Source: Lytechinus pictus (lineage: Eukaryota). From it: a stretch of DNA of 64,000 nucleotides. The DNA is taken from positions 25,856,001 to 25,920,000 of the forward strand of contig NC_087251.1 in the NCBI RefSeq assembly GCF_037042905.1. The letters run 5' to 3'. The notes under the pieces were generated by a model. The model did no database searches. It saw only the letters and a program-made list of their open reading frames with translations, and was not told the DNA's origin. The position numbers and the translations under genes were made by a program. Below are positions 28,101-42,400 of the stretch, one piece after another. Each line of letters starts with the position of its first letter. Position 1 is the stretch's first letter.

Positions 28101-31100
28101 TAGAAGATCTTGTGTTTTGATGAATGGAATATAATTAGAATAAAATTTATACTTCATCATGTTAATATAATTATATAGGTATTGACACATTCATATAGGG
28201 GAGGGGTTTTTGAATATTCCACCAGATAAGTTTCGGCTATAAGCCCCCATCACACTTATTCGGAATCAGCAGGAATCAAGCAGAAGCTGGAAAGAAAAAA
28301 ATATTTAAAAAATCTAGAAATTTTTTGGAGTAACTTATGAATTCACCAAACTGGAGTTGAAATTCAGTAAATTGACCAGGTGTATCATCATACACCAGTC
28401 AAAATGAACCGCAATGGAGTCAGATTGATAATTCGTGCTACGTTCTTGGACATTCTAAATATCCTGACTGCATTCTGAGTGCATTCGAAATATTTTTGTC
28501 ATTTCTTTTGGCCGTCCCGAAGGTTTTGATCATGTTCAAAACATTCGAGGGATATTTTCGAACGGTGTTCGAAGTAGATTTAAATGACCAACTGGTGGTC
28601 AAACAAAAGTCCTTTCATTCAGGCCAATTCTGCTTGATTCGGAATAAGTGTGATGGGGGCTTTAAGTATTGTTTGTAGTCAATGAAAACTTTAAAAACAA
28701 AAAAAGGTGTTTTGATGAAATACGCAGAGACCAAAACAAATGTCATGAATTGTCTTTTAATATTGTGGTTTGTGGTGTTTTCTTGATCAAACGTCAGTTA
28801 TTAACGACCTTGGATATTGGTTATCTTTAAGAAACATCAAGTTCTCGGTTACTCATCAGTAATCTAAAGACAGATGAGTCATGGACTTCTAGATTTTACT
28901 TCCAAATTAGAAATAATGGCTTATCCAGATATTCTGAGCTACCCGTCAAATTAGAAGCATGGAAATCATTTCTTCTTAAAGTGAAAATTATGTTTCTTTG
29001 CTTATTTTCCGCTCGACCTTTCACACAAAGCGACCGTCTTTAGAGAAGGCGGACCAAGACCTTTGTTTTGTCTTCATTTCGGTTTTATCATGTTATGTCC
29101 AATTTTGAATGTGGTCGCAATTTCTTGTTTATTCTTCTTTCTTTCCTTCTTTGAATTGTATGTAAATATCATATTGATAGTGGAAATAAAGGATTTTGTA
29201 ATATCATATTGATAGCGGGAATAAAGGATCTTGATTATAAAAAGAACTAGAATGTGTACATTAGCATTTAAAAGATATGGGTAAACAAAGACATGGCTCC
29301 AAAGTCACAAAAGAGGGGGGGGGGGGTGTTAAGCCGAATCGGACCATTAAGTTGATTTCATTTTTCCCCATACAGTTTCTGTATGTTTATGCTCTCAAGC
29401 ATGTTTGTCTTAAAATTTATGGGAGAAAATGTATGCACACTCCCTTCCTCGTCAGACGAAAAACATTTTAATGCCCCCTCCCCCACCCGATTCACCTCCA
29501 TTTTTTATAAGAAAATGATAGGTCTGTCTGTGCCTAAAGATCAACATTGTGGTATGTTGTTGACGAGGCTGTTTCATTTCCGATGTTTAAATGCACATCA
29601 ATCAGCAAAGAAAAGGGGTGTATTATGGAACGCCGCACATTCTCTCACGAAGCAACAAAGGGGCATGTGTGTTTATGACTTACGTGATCGCGGTGGCGTA
29701 AAATTTGCCCGTTTTAAGGGGAAATTCATGGATGATTTCGGCATCGATGGAGCGGGCGGTGGATCCACTACATCCAGCATTTTCCGCAGGAGGGTTGGAT
29801 ATTTTTGACGGGCTGAAAAGTCAGCAGTGACATTATTTGTGTTAGCAATTAAATATTATCAGAATTTTAGATTTCTTCGATACCAGATCTTCGCCAAATA
29901 GGCAAACCCTCTTCCTTTCAGGGGAAACATATTCAAATTCCGCAATGACTTTAATCAAGAATATAGTTGTTGAAGCACAATAACAATTATGTATCATGTT
30001 GCACTGCGCCCTTCCCTCGACCCCAATATGAACAGGTATAACTATTATTTTTTCTTTATCACCCTTTTTTCTTTTTCCTCCTTTTTTCCTTGTTCCCGTC
30101 CTTCTTTTCTTTTTTTTTCTTCTACTCATCTCCTTCTCCCGCTGCCTCTTCTGGAATTGAAATTTTAAATAAAACCATACTTTAATCATCTCTTCCCGTT
30201 GGTATGATGTTAATTCTACGAAAGAACACATGGGATTTGATTAATCAATACGAGTTATGGTTTCCATGTCTTCGTAATGTTTTGGACAAACGTGTGTGGT
30301 TCTTGAATGTTCTAATGTGTTTCCTATTCCCAAACTCGATTTCCCACACCAATCTCTGCATGCATGCAACCAGGAGGAACTGATGGCGTAAAGGAGCGGC
30401 GACTCAGGGTGTGGGGGTCAGGGGCGAGCACCCTTTATGATTTTCAAGTATGAAATGATTAAATAGGAGTAAAGGGGAAAGAGGAAGAAAAGAAAAAAAA
30501 AGGATCATACAATGAGCTTGATGAGAGGTTGGGACTTCCAACTCTATAATACTCCTGATATGAATGAGAGAGAGAAAAAAAAATCATCTTTATAATTGTC
30601 TTGCTCAAAACTAACAAAATGTCATCTCTTGGCATTCAGAACTTAGGGATGTTCGAGATGAAACCACAAATGTGTGTCTTTTCGTTTATCTATCGGGTTT
30701 TTGCAGTATTTATTTTTCTATGATTTTTAATTAATGCTCTCAGACAATCGAATCAGGTTCTTTGTAAGAAAAATATGATCCAACGTCATAATATATACCA
30801 TTTAAATTTATCTATCATGATTTTAAGAAGTGTTTTCTTCACCTTGAGAAATATTTTGGACCGTCCACCCATGCACCTCCTCTCATTTCTGGTCTTCTGC
30901 CCACCTAGCTACCAAGGCAATGGCCAGATCATCAACATATCACACAGTTCTGAATAGAACGCGTCATCATCTTCAGAGCAGCGCGACAAAGGGCGGCAGG
31001 GAGAACTGGCCCTCATTTTTTCTGATAAAACAGAAAATAAGGGAAAGGGAAGAAAAATGAGAAGAGGGCTAAAAGAGAGGAATTAGTTATTAAGGTCTTA

Positions 31101-34100
31101 AACCTCTACTTCATTTTTATTTAGACAAAAAAAGAAACACACCACCTTTAGGTCATTTTGGTCCCCTCTCTTGCCCCACTTCTGTCTTTTTCTTCTTTTT
31201 CTGGCTCGTCTACCACACCCCGCCCTGCGCCACCGCCACCGCTACGTACACCACACAGATGAAAGGGATTTCTCAATGGAGTTATGATGGGCAAGGCACA
31301 AACGGCAACCGGAAATGCTCCACGCGTGCCTGCGTTCCTCGACCAAGCCTGCCCAATTAGTCTCCCCCACCCACTCCTTGTCGGTATCGAACTCGATCGG
31401 TTTTAGATGAAGGGGATGTGGTTTTATGACGTCATTGGTAAAAGGAGGAGTTTAAATAGTTTGATCGATCTGTCGATGGTGATTTACCTCACGCCATAGA
31501 CCTACTAAGTCAAATATTTAGTTGACTGTACCAAAAACGGACAGTGCTATGGTCTTGGTGAGGGATAGGGGAGGGGGGGGGGGGGGTTAGACACATTTTT
31601 TCCCCTTAATGATAAATTTAGATATCATGGTTTTCAACCCTCTCATATCATTCACTCTTCCTTCTTTTAATCCACCTTTATTTAATTTCTTTTATGTTTG
31701 TTTATATTACTATGGATGCCCCTCCTTTGGGGCCACCCATGGCAGCGAAGTAATGATTTCTGTACTAACGAAATAGTAAAAAAACAAATTCAAAGACCGT
31801 TTTCACTCAAACGATGCCTTTTTAGTCGTATTGACTTTCTCGCTTTCCATTCTCTAACTCTATCTAAATACGAACAATATTTATGTTGGCACCACGGATG
31901 TAATGGTGGAATATCTTTTTGTTTTTTAGCTGCACTTAACACGAGCAGAAAATTGAATTCCTCTCGGCGGGGGCCATTTTTCTATTTTACTAGAGTCAAT
32001 AAAAGGACGCAAGAATTTGGAATTTTGTTGTGTATTGGGTTTTAAACTTGCAGTCGATGTAGCCACTAATATTTCTTTTAGTGAAAGGACCCACCCGATC
32101 CCTAATATGTATTATTTCATGGACTGTATTTTAGTTGACAAATTTTTGATATCATGAATACTTGATCATGTTATACAAATATTAACATGCAATCGTACAT
32201 TCGAAGTTGAGTATTTAAATAAACTACACTGGGACTCTAAATCTCATATCTTTCACAGTGATGATTTCCAAAGTGTCAAGGTTTCGCAGGAATTGTCTGA
32301 AAACAAAAGCGTTTAGACTATTCATAGTTTAGCTATAAAAAGAAACATAAAATATGTTACATCCATCAAACAATCTTTTTATTCCACCCATCAATCAGGG
32401 TAAAAACAAATTTGGAAGCGATTTGCAAGGAAAGAGAAGACTTGTAATTCTTTGGCGGTAAACTTGTAAAGAATCGTTAAGAATGATAATCTTCAGATAT
32501 ACACCCAATGCGTGGGTTTTGGTGACAACAAATCCCTTTTCCATCTGGCTTTTTATTCAATCAATTACAGCAAGCTTTATGTATTGTGATTTTATAAATA
32601 CTCTCGATTACGAGTCGACCGCAACGAGAAAAGAAGGTGTTTATAAATTAATGTATAAGATATGACATTTGCCCCTGTGCATGGCTCTAGAAGAGGGGCG
32701 GTTGGCCCTGATACGTCCCCCAATTTTTTTTTTAAGTTACCACATTTCCACCCATTGTGTTCAGCAAGTTGCTCAACATTCAGTTTGAAGTTGCCACATT
32801 TTTCTCGCTCGGTCGTTTTGCTCTCTTACTGAGCTATTAGGAAAAAAGAATGTGATAAACCTATTTGATAAGGATCATCACACCTGATTATGATAATCTG
32901 ATCAGACCTAGGGAAAAAAAATCGGCGGAGAATCCGCAAAACCGTCTCGTCACACATTCGTAACTATCAAGCACGGAATATTCATTGGGAGTTAAAAAGG
33001 TTAATCATTTCTATTTTAGGTTCAACCCCAACCATCCATAGGAATTACTAGGATCTATAAATATCCTGGTCTGGTCTCTGTCGGGTGCAATGATGCCGTC
33101 CCGTTGGTTACTGGTATGCCAGATATGGGGCATGTTATGTTATTTCTTTCTCTTTAGGTTTACATCTTAAAGCCAACTCGAGTGGTCATGTGCTGAGCAA
33201 TACAGTAGTTCGAAATGTATACATGGTATAGCGTAAACGAAGAAGGACGAATACTAAGTAGTACAAGACACGATGTAAGCAAGACAAACGTATGAATACA
33301 TTGAACTCTTAAAATTGCTAACACGATGTTATATGATTTGTGTTGGTGCATTGATCATCATGTTGAGCTTGTTGAAAAAGACCTGTCTAAATTCTTGCCT
33401 AATTTGGTGCAATTGACCAGTTACTCTTCCCAGCACCATTTCGAATATAATCATACGCGTTTAGAGGCCATTCTATTTGATCTTGTAAGAATCGATTTTG
33501 TGATATAGTTACCACGTGAAGCTTGTCTTTATACATGTATACGATAAACCTATCTGGAGTTAAGATGGATCCTCGCTGTAAAAAATGAGATGCCTCTATA
33601 GACGGAACAGATGTGCCAAAGATCGGCGGCACTTATTATTTATTCCTTATAGGCTTAGTATAATTTAAAATACATTCCTCGATTTTAAATCACCTCAGCA
33701 AACGATTAAAGACGATCCATCATGATTCATTTCCAGATTGCAAATCTTCTATCGTCCACTGGTATAAAAAATTGCTATAACATTTCAATTTCATTGACCA
33801 TCATAATCATTGCATAATTGATCAAGTTTGCACTTATGGAATTCATATCAAATAAAAAAAAACTTATTGAAATAATTAAATTATGAATTGAAAAACGAGC
33901 CAAGTGCATTTTCAAATTGGACTTGAGTCGATTTTTTAAATATCATTCCGTTTGTTCATAAAGCACATGGCACTTTGTATTTATAAACATGTCATTAGAG
34001 GTGGTTTATCGATCGAAATATACCCTCCAAACGTGAAAATGGTGTGTGGTTGCAGAAGATCACTGTACTCCTTGTGCCCTTGTCTGTGGCGCCGAATACA

Positions 34101-37100
34101 TGCCCACAGGCCACGAAAAGCTGGGATGATCCTAGCATGTTGTGCGAAATAATGACTATAAGAAGACGTCTGTGTTCGGTACTGTGAGTTGTACACCTTC
34201 TCCCGTTACGACTGTGAATGAAGCTCTCGTGTGAAGAAAACTTTTAAGATACTATCGTCATAATCTTATCCACAGTGTGATATAAATGAAGAAAATATGT
34301 ATAATAATGAGATTTGGATGCAAATTATGTGAAAGGCACATATCGACCAGAATCTCTTTCACTTGACATACCCCGCCCCTTTTTTTTTCATATTCATTCT
34401 AATCACCTTTTTTTATTGTAGTTTCATATCTTATGCTGATTTCGAACTCAAAATTTGATTTCTGAATCTTTACAGATACTCAGCATTTTTTTTCCACTAA
34501 GACATCGTCACGTGTAAGGTTGTCATTGATTCGTTTTCACTGCATGTTCACCTGTCTGCATGTTCCATCGATTTAACATCTCTAAATATGTATCCCCTCA
34601 TTCAATCAGTTGCAAGGTTTCTTCGCGTCAAGTTCGCGGGGCTGCGCCACGCCTACGCCTTAACCCTCGCCCCCTCGGCATGTACCCCCAAATTAGCCCT
34701 GATTGGCCCCGCGTCATGGACCAACATAACCATCATGACTTCAACAAAGCTAATCGAATCAATTTGGCTCTAATCCGCATCACAAGGGGGTCGCGATCCC
34801 TGGTATCCAACCAAACTCCTTCCACAGATGCCACACCAAGTAAACCCTGTGATATGTTTGGTACTGCGTCACAGCCGGGTCTGTCTATAATTCAAATCAT
34901 ATGGACAATGCGGCCAAGTGGAAATACGGGCCGGTTTCTGGATCGAGGGATAAGGTTCCATGTGTGTGTATTGAATTGATCAAATGTTTGGAGAAGGTGG
35001 TATAATGAGGGGAAAATGTAAAAAACAGATCGTAAATGGTTACGTCCATTGAGCTACAACCATCGCGTGATGTTGCGAAGTAGGGATTCAAGTTGTTGAG
35101 TTCATTCCCATTCTTCTTTGTACTTGCATTGTTAAATATTTCATTTATCACATGTTGCAGTCATCATAGTAATAATTTTCAAAAGTTATACGTGAGTGAG
35201 CAAAGCGGCTTAGCTGACCATTGGGGCCTTTTTCATAATTTAAAAGTGACAATTATCTAATTCTATTTTGGTGGATCCTTTGTTTTTGAAATTCTGTTAT
35301 TGAAAAAATACATTATGAAAATTTATGCGTGGGACATTGAAAATGCCCACCAGACCCTGTAAATGGGGGGGGGGGGGAGGGTTGCACCACAATGGAAGCA
35401 TCCTCTCCCCAAACATAGGTTAACATTCTTATAAGAATGTGGTTTTCATTTATATGTTACTGTCTAAAACACAACTTTTGTTTGAGGTACACTCTTAAAA
35501 CGTTCGGCAACATACTGTCCACACAACCATTGGTAAAAAAATTCATCCAAACTCTGGGTAGATTTCACCCAAAGCACACATTGGTTTAAAACTACCCAGA
35601 ATTTGATAAATTTTAACCATTATTGTTGTGTGATGTGTGGACAGTATGTTGCCCAACATTTTCAAGAGTGTAATTTTTACTATGAAGGCGAGCCTACTTC
35701 AGGGTTGGACATTTAAAAATCTGTTACTTTCTTTGAAAACTATGCATATTATCTCAATTTTAATTCAAAAGCCAACACCCCCTCTCATTACGAAGAGGCA
35801 CGACCCCCTGTGCTCCGGGCACCTGGGCTCTAGAAGGACGACAACATCAGCTCCCTGCTCTCCCATAATAAAGGTGATTTTCTCCTTTTTGCACTAAACG
35901 AGAGTCAAATCAAGGATCTCTATCAATGAGGATATAGACATATTTTGTCTTTAAAAAGACTATAGTGAATTTTATCTGTATATGCTACAGAAAAGTCCCT
36001 TCAGTGATCAGTTGATTCTAATGGTATTAATTGCAAAACAGATAGGGGTGAAGCCCTCGAAATTTTGAAAATTAAAAAGAAATGAGAGTATAAAAACGAT
36101 AGATCCAATTCGTCTAACTCTACATCACCACTGTTATTCGTCGTCTACCCCTCTCTTGGCGCCTCTTCTGATAGTGAGTACCATTAACCTCTCATGGGAG
36201 TGGGTGGGGTACCAGACTACGCCATTTGGGTTCTACTATAAACTATTACTCGGCAGTCACAATTAGTAATCATTGTTTGTATCATATTACTTAGTGTATA
36301 CCTAAGAATAAACAACGAGTCTACTTTGTTGAATGGATATATATATATGTATTTTTATAAATGTCTCTAAGAGCAGATTAAAATTCATCCTTTCTGTCGA
36401 TATAATATCTTATCTAAGTTAAGAGATCATCTACTCATTTTTGGGAGAATTCCAAATACACTATCAGCCGTTTCGTCACCCCTCCCATTCTGTTCTCCTC
36501 TACTACTCTTCCCCCGTGCCTTTGCTAAACCATGGCAGTGGGACATAGATTAATCACGATTCTATCCCAATCTCAAGAAGCTTTTGATGACAAGGCTTGT
36601 CATGCTCGACTCGGTCCTTGAGACATGGACGGATGTACCCCGGTATATCCAGGGTCCTCTTTCATAAAACTGTTTGTGACGTTACGAATGATTTTAACTT
36701 TGAGTATAAAAATAAATACATGAATTTGGAGTTCCAAAATATTAACCCTTTTTTCCCCAACTGTCATCTAACAAAATGTGCTTTTATTTCTCATAATTTC
36801 GTGGACGTAATGACAGTTTACAATTTCCATGATCTAATTAGATTTGATCAGATTTGTGGCAAAGAGTACATTTTAACCAAGCATGTGTCAAGGATTGCAT
36901 GTTGATGACATCAGGGCTCTGTCATACGAAGAGTTGCGACAAATTCAAATCAATCTCAAACTGCCATTGATCTTAAATCGTCTAGGTAAGAGATGGGAAT
37001 TTGAGATCAATCTCATTTGAATCTATCGCAAAGACGGGAGTGTTCCAGCAAATGGAATAAAATGATTACAGAAACCCGTTGTGTATATTCCAGTCTGGTC

Positions 37101-39109
37101 ACAGTTCCCGGGATAGTTCCAGTCGTTCATAAATTAATATGGAACTGCTTGAAGAGCTTTCATGAAACACAAGAAAAGGGTCACTACCAACCTCGGAGTG
37201 ATAATATTCCTTGACCCGTTTTCTCTTGACACTGCCCATAGATGGTAACGAGCAAAGATCCGAGATTCATGGTCAAACTTGTGACGTCATAAAAACTTAC
37301 ATTGAAGAGGATTATTGTGGTGATGAGAAAGTAGATGTTTGAAATGTCTTTCAAGATGAAATATTATATTGCGATGTATCTTACAAATTTACCAAATTTT
37401 CATTGTGATAACTGACATGAAAACCTTGAGTAAGTTGTTTAGCTGCAGAGCCATCTTGCTGATGTTCGTACTTACCATATTCGCAAAGTAACAGCAAGTT
37501 TTATGCGACGGGACTGAGGATCGTGAGGTCGTTACTATGCATTTTCTGGTATGCACGATGTCCCTAAAATGTCTCAATAAAGATTGAGGGGCAATTATTA
37601 TGCATTCAGTAATTGATTGACCATTACGATGAAACCACATAGGATTGATTGACCTCTAACGTTAAGTGGTACGTGTTCTTGTAGCTTGTTTGGAATGCAC
37701 TAATAGGCCTATAAACCGCAGATAAAGAGAAATTCATGATATTGTATGAATATTATCTCGAGGCTGCCCTTGCTCAATTTTTCGCGCCATTATTGGCTCC
37801 TTAAACATTGCATTATCGATAGCGCATGGTGGCTTTAACGTCTGTCGACTGCGGAGCGGAACGCCCGAATGTGAGGTTAGAAGACAGCGTTCAAGGCTGC
37901 CCACCGTAGGCCAACCATGACGTAGTCGATGGCGAACAGTCAATTAAATCATTCTCTTGGTTGCATGAGCCATGGTCGGTGTGATATGTTTGATGGAGAA
38001 GCAAAATTAGCATAAACCGCTTCGGCGTGAAAATGTGTATTGATTTAATAAGATAACTTACCTTAAAATATTTTCTCGCGATGATTTTGGGGGAAATTGA
38101 GTAAAGTCCTTCACCGATGCTGCCATCATTACGACTGTCATCATAACGATTCTTGTCGATCATAAGTATCTCCCCTTTGGGAAAATGTATTTTTGAAATA
38201 CGACAATACCTGCGTTTCATTTATTTTATTATGAACAGTATGTCAATTAATGTATTTGCGCTCTAGAAAATTTTTGCCCATGCAGAGAGTGAAAATATTT
38301 AGTAAGGTGAAGTTTATTCCAAGTTTTTACATTTTTAACACTCCATTCCCCCTTCCCCCTCCCCTCTCTCCCCCTCTCTCTCTACCCCCCCCCCTCTCTC
38401 TACCCCCTCTCACTCTTCTGGTCTCTGTCTCTGTGTCTCCATGTGACTTTAATTATCTCTCTAGTATTAAATATATTTCAAAAAAATTCCTCCATGTTTT
38501 CTAACATGTCCGCTCTTTGTTTTCTTTTTAAATTGTAGGTAAAATGAATCTGCAAGTTCGGAGTTCAACGGCCAATTCCATCAATCTGAGCTGGAACTCA
38601 TTTCTTCCGATGGTTGGATCATCCACACAAGGCCATTATGTGGTCTATTATACGACAACATTCTCAAATCATATCCAGAGTTGGCCGGGCCAAATAGAGG
38701 TTTGTTGAAACAATGTCAATATTTTTCTTATTCTTGAAACTAAAGCATTAAGTTTAAGTAAAGCAGTGATCGATTGAAGTAGTAGTAGTAGTAGTAGAAG
38801 TAGTAGTAGTAGTAGTAGAAGTAGTAGAAGTAGTAGTAGTAGTAGTAGAAGTAGCAGTGGCGTACCTGGGATTTTTCACAGGGGGGGGGCAAAACCGTCC
38901 GCCAAAAAAATTTGACAAGCAAAAAAAAAAGGTCTTCAATCACAAATGAAGGATTTCGTACCAGAAAAAAATTTGACAAGCAAAAAAAAAAAAAAAAAAA
39001 AAGTCTTCAAGCTCGTCAGGGGGTCAGGGATACGTCCTTTGCATGGTTTGTGGCTCGTCAGGGGGGGGGGGGCAGACTGCCCCCTCTGCCCCCCCCGTAG
39101 GTACGCTAG

Positions 39110-39144
<35 letters not shown>

Positions 39145-39236
39145 CGTTGTCGTCGTAGTGGCTGTAGTCATCGCCGCCGCTGTATAGTAGTAGTAGTAGT
39201 AGTAGTAGAAGCAGTAGTAGAAGAAGAAGAAGTAGA

Positions 39237-39279
<43 letters not shown>

Positions 39280-39412
39280 ATAGTAGTAGTAGTAGTAGTA
39301 GTCGTTGTCGTCGTAGTGGCTGTAGTCATCGCCGCCGCTGTATAGTAGTAGTAGTAGTAGTAGTAGAAGCAGTAGTAGAAGAAGAAGAAGTAGTAGTAGT
39401 AGTAGTAGTAGA

Positions 39413-39468
<56 letters not shown>

Positions 39469-42400
39469 CAGTAGTAGAGGTACAGGTAGTAGTAGTCGTT
39501 GTAGTATTAGTAGTAGCTGCAGTATAGAGGTAGAAGTACTAGTAGTCGTTGTAGTAGTAGTAGTAGTCGCAGTACTAGAAATAGTTGCAAGCATTATGTG
39601 GCTGTATCATCTTGCTTATGGTTAAAACGTTTCATTAATTTTTATAAAGATAATATCAATGAATATACCCAGGGAAAAACATGTTTGGTCACACCCCTTA
39701 ATTTTGGACGATTGACTAAAAATATAGGCCTTCGTTTTCAAGCAAAAAAGCCTAGCACCGGCGATTTGAAACAAGATTGAGTTGCCGCATACCAGGCACC
39801 CAATGTGGGTTTCACATGAAATAAGGGTCATTGCGAGCATGCAGAGGTCGCGACAAAATGGAGAATCAACGACGAGAGAGTTAATTTTTCAATCATCGTC
39901 AATACACCCTGTTGGTACTCTTATTTCATCCAGCGTGTCCCAGTCCATGCGTTCTGTGTTAATTTTCCTCCCTAAGGTGTCGGGATATGTGAGCCTTCAA
40001 AGTATCCCAAAGAATTGTCTCTTCCCATGCCACTTGAAGTGTCGATCTCTACTCTCTTACCACATTTCTGCTTATTGCTTCCACGGTGCGCGCTGTCGTA
40101 CTTTCAGAAATGCGATCGTGATTGACGAGATGAAAGCGCGCGAATGATAAGCGTGTGATGGTCACTTGATTCTATTCACCATCCCGATGTTAAAAGAACC
40201 AACAGGTGACACATAATAATAATTGTTTGCCAGTTTCATATTTATCTATTCACATTACCTCTCAGATTATTTCCTTCTCTGTACTCTATAAAGTTAGGCT
40301 ACCCCCTCCCAATCCTCACGACTGATCATGACGTCATTAAAACGGTATTGATATAAAATTGTGACTGCGACTGCTTAATACATTGTACCCGACGTATAGG
40401 GCCGAGGTATCTTAGGAAGCATGTGAATCTCTAACAATGTCATAATCACTAAAAATTGAATTTTTCTACGCAAACCAAATTACTATAGAAATGTATTGAT
40501 TTATGGGCATTACTATATATATATATATACATATTGCCCCTCCCACCCCTCCATACCCGCTCGCACACTCACAAACAAACACACACACCCACACTGTTCA
40601 CTGCGAAAACTTCGGTGTTAATTTAAGACCAGTCCGGAATCTATATATATGACCACACCAGAGAAGTGTTAAAACAACACCGATTTGAAATTAAATCGAT
40701 GCTGTTTTAACACAAATTGGTGTTGTATAAACGACTATCTGGAATTAGTCCAAAACCAAACCGATGTTGTTTTAACACTTCTCTGATGTGGTCATACATA
40801 GATTCCGGACTGGTGTTAAATTAACACAGCAGTTTTTGAAGTGTTCACCCACACTGTTTACCTTTGGAAGGCACTGTCTTGTGAAACTGGCTATCTTTCG
40901 GATATGACATTGACCCCCCCCCCCCCCCTCCTTCATTTTAACTCCTGCACTGGTTGGGTATGGGCATGGTTTGTAAAAGTCATGATAATTATGTTCCTAT
41001 TCTTTGACTATCTCTTAAAATATTAATGGATTTTATAGATCAAAATACCTCTTTTGATTTTTATATTCTAAAAAAAAAAAAAAAAAATCTTTTTTTCCTG
41101 ATCCAGGCTGGAAACAAGACACAGACATCCATCAGAAATTTGAAAGAGAGCACAGACTATTATTTCCGGGTGAGCTATCACATTCCAGGGCGTGGTGTAA
41201 GATTCGAAGGGCATCTTTCGGAAGTAGCATTACATCGGACAGGAACACCTGGTGAGATATTATTGGGTCAATCTTCGGGTTATTTCACCTATGCCTTTAC
41301 TATCTATGCCGTATTTATAGATCTTGAAATTGTCGCTATACAGTAAAATACAAAATATGACAAAAGGTAATTAGAATTTACGGCCAGTTTTGGCCTTGGC
41401 GTTCCCTTTCAGTGCCTTTCCAAGAAATACCGCCTGTACACACAGAAGAGCCCCAAATCATCCTTTTCCGAAGTGCAAAAGGGAATTTTCTTTTCTTTTG
41501 AGTATTTATCAGATGCATTCTTCAAATCTCATGAGTATCTTTTGGAAGATGAAATATTCGAAAAATGCTGCATGGGTAAATGAATAAATAGACAAAAAAA
41601 AAGCTTGTCTTATTTAGATATGAAGTTTGGCTAACGTAATTACAATAATTATGACCATCTAGTTAGAGAATACGCAAGTTTTACTTAGGATATATCTTAA
41701 TCCTCATTATTGTTAGGATATATCTTAATTCTCATTATAGTAGTCTGACAGAGTAAATAAGGTTTCCATAAAATCGGAAATTATGGCAGGAGTGGTTTCT
41801 AAAAGTATCTTTAATTATAAGTCTGGATTATTGGTAAAGGTAAGTGCATTTTTAGGTTCTTTATTCTTCTTCTGTTTTTGTGGATGTATTTTGTAGTGTC
41901 CGGCGATTAGGCACGTATTGGACCGATGTAACACGATAAGTAGATACTCCGTTGGTTTACATCGTTTTGCTCTTAAAAAACCTTGTTATTAATTTTGGTT
42001 TCTGCTCATTGATAGGCCTTCTTAATCTTCATCTTAGTCACTAGTGTACCTACGGGGGGCAGAGGGGGCAGACTGCCCCCCCCTGACGAATCACAACCCA
42101 TGCAAGGGACATATCCCTGCCCCCCTTACGATTTTTGAAGACCTTTTTTTTATTTTTATTTTTTTGCTTGCTTGTCAATTTTTTTCTGGTACGAAATCCT
42201 TTATTTGTGATTAAAGACCTTTTTTTTCTCTCTTTTTTTTTGCTTGTTAAATTTTTTGGCGGACGAGATCCTTTATTTGTGGTTGAAGACCTTTTTTTTT
42301 TTTTGCTTGTCAAATTTTTGGGCGGACGAATTTGCCCCCCCTGTGGAAAATCCTAGGTACGCCACTGATCTTAGCATAATGTATACATTCTAACATGATT

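Noticed and set aside
29160..29232. Short tandem duplications (36 bp here, 27 bp at ~41685-41738)
   Set aside because: Ordinary slippage duplications with no further structure.
39043..39594. Poly-Leu/Tyr/Val/Thr ORFs here and at 12152-12495, 38740-38979 and 48288-48653
   Set aside because: They are translations of microsatellites and low-complexity tracts.
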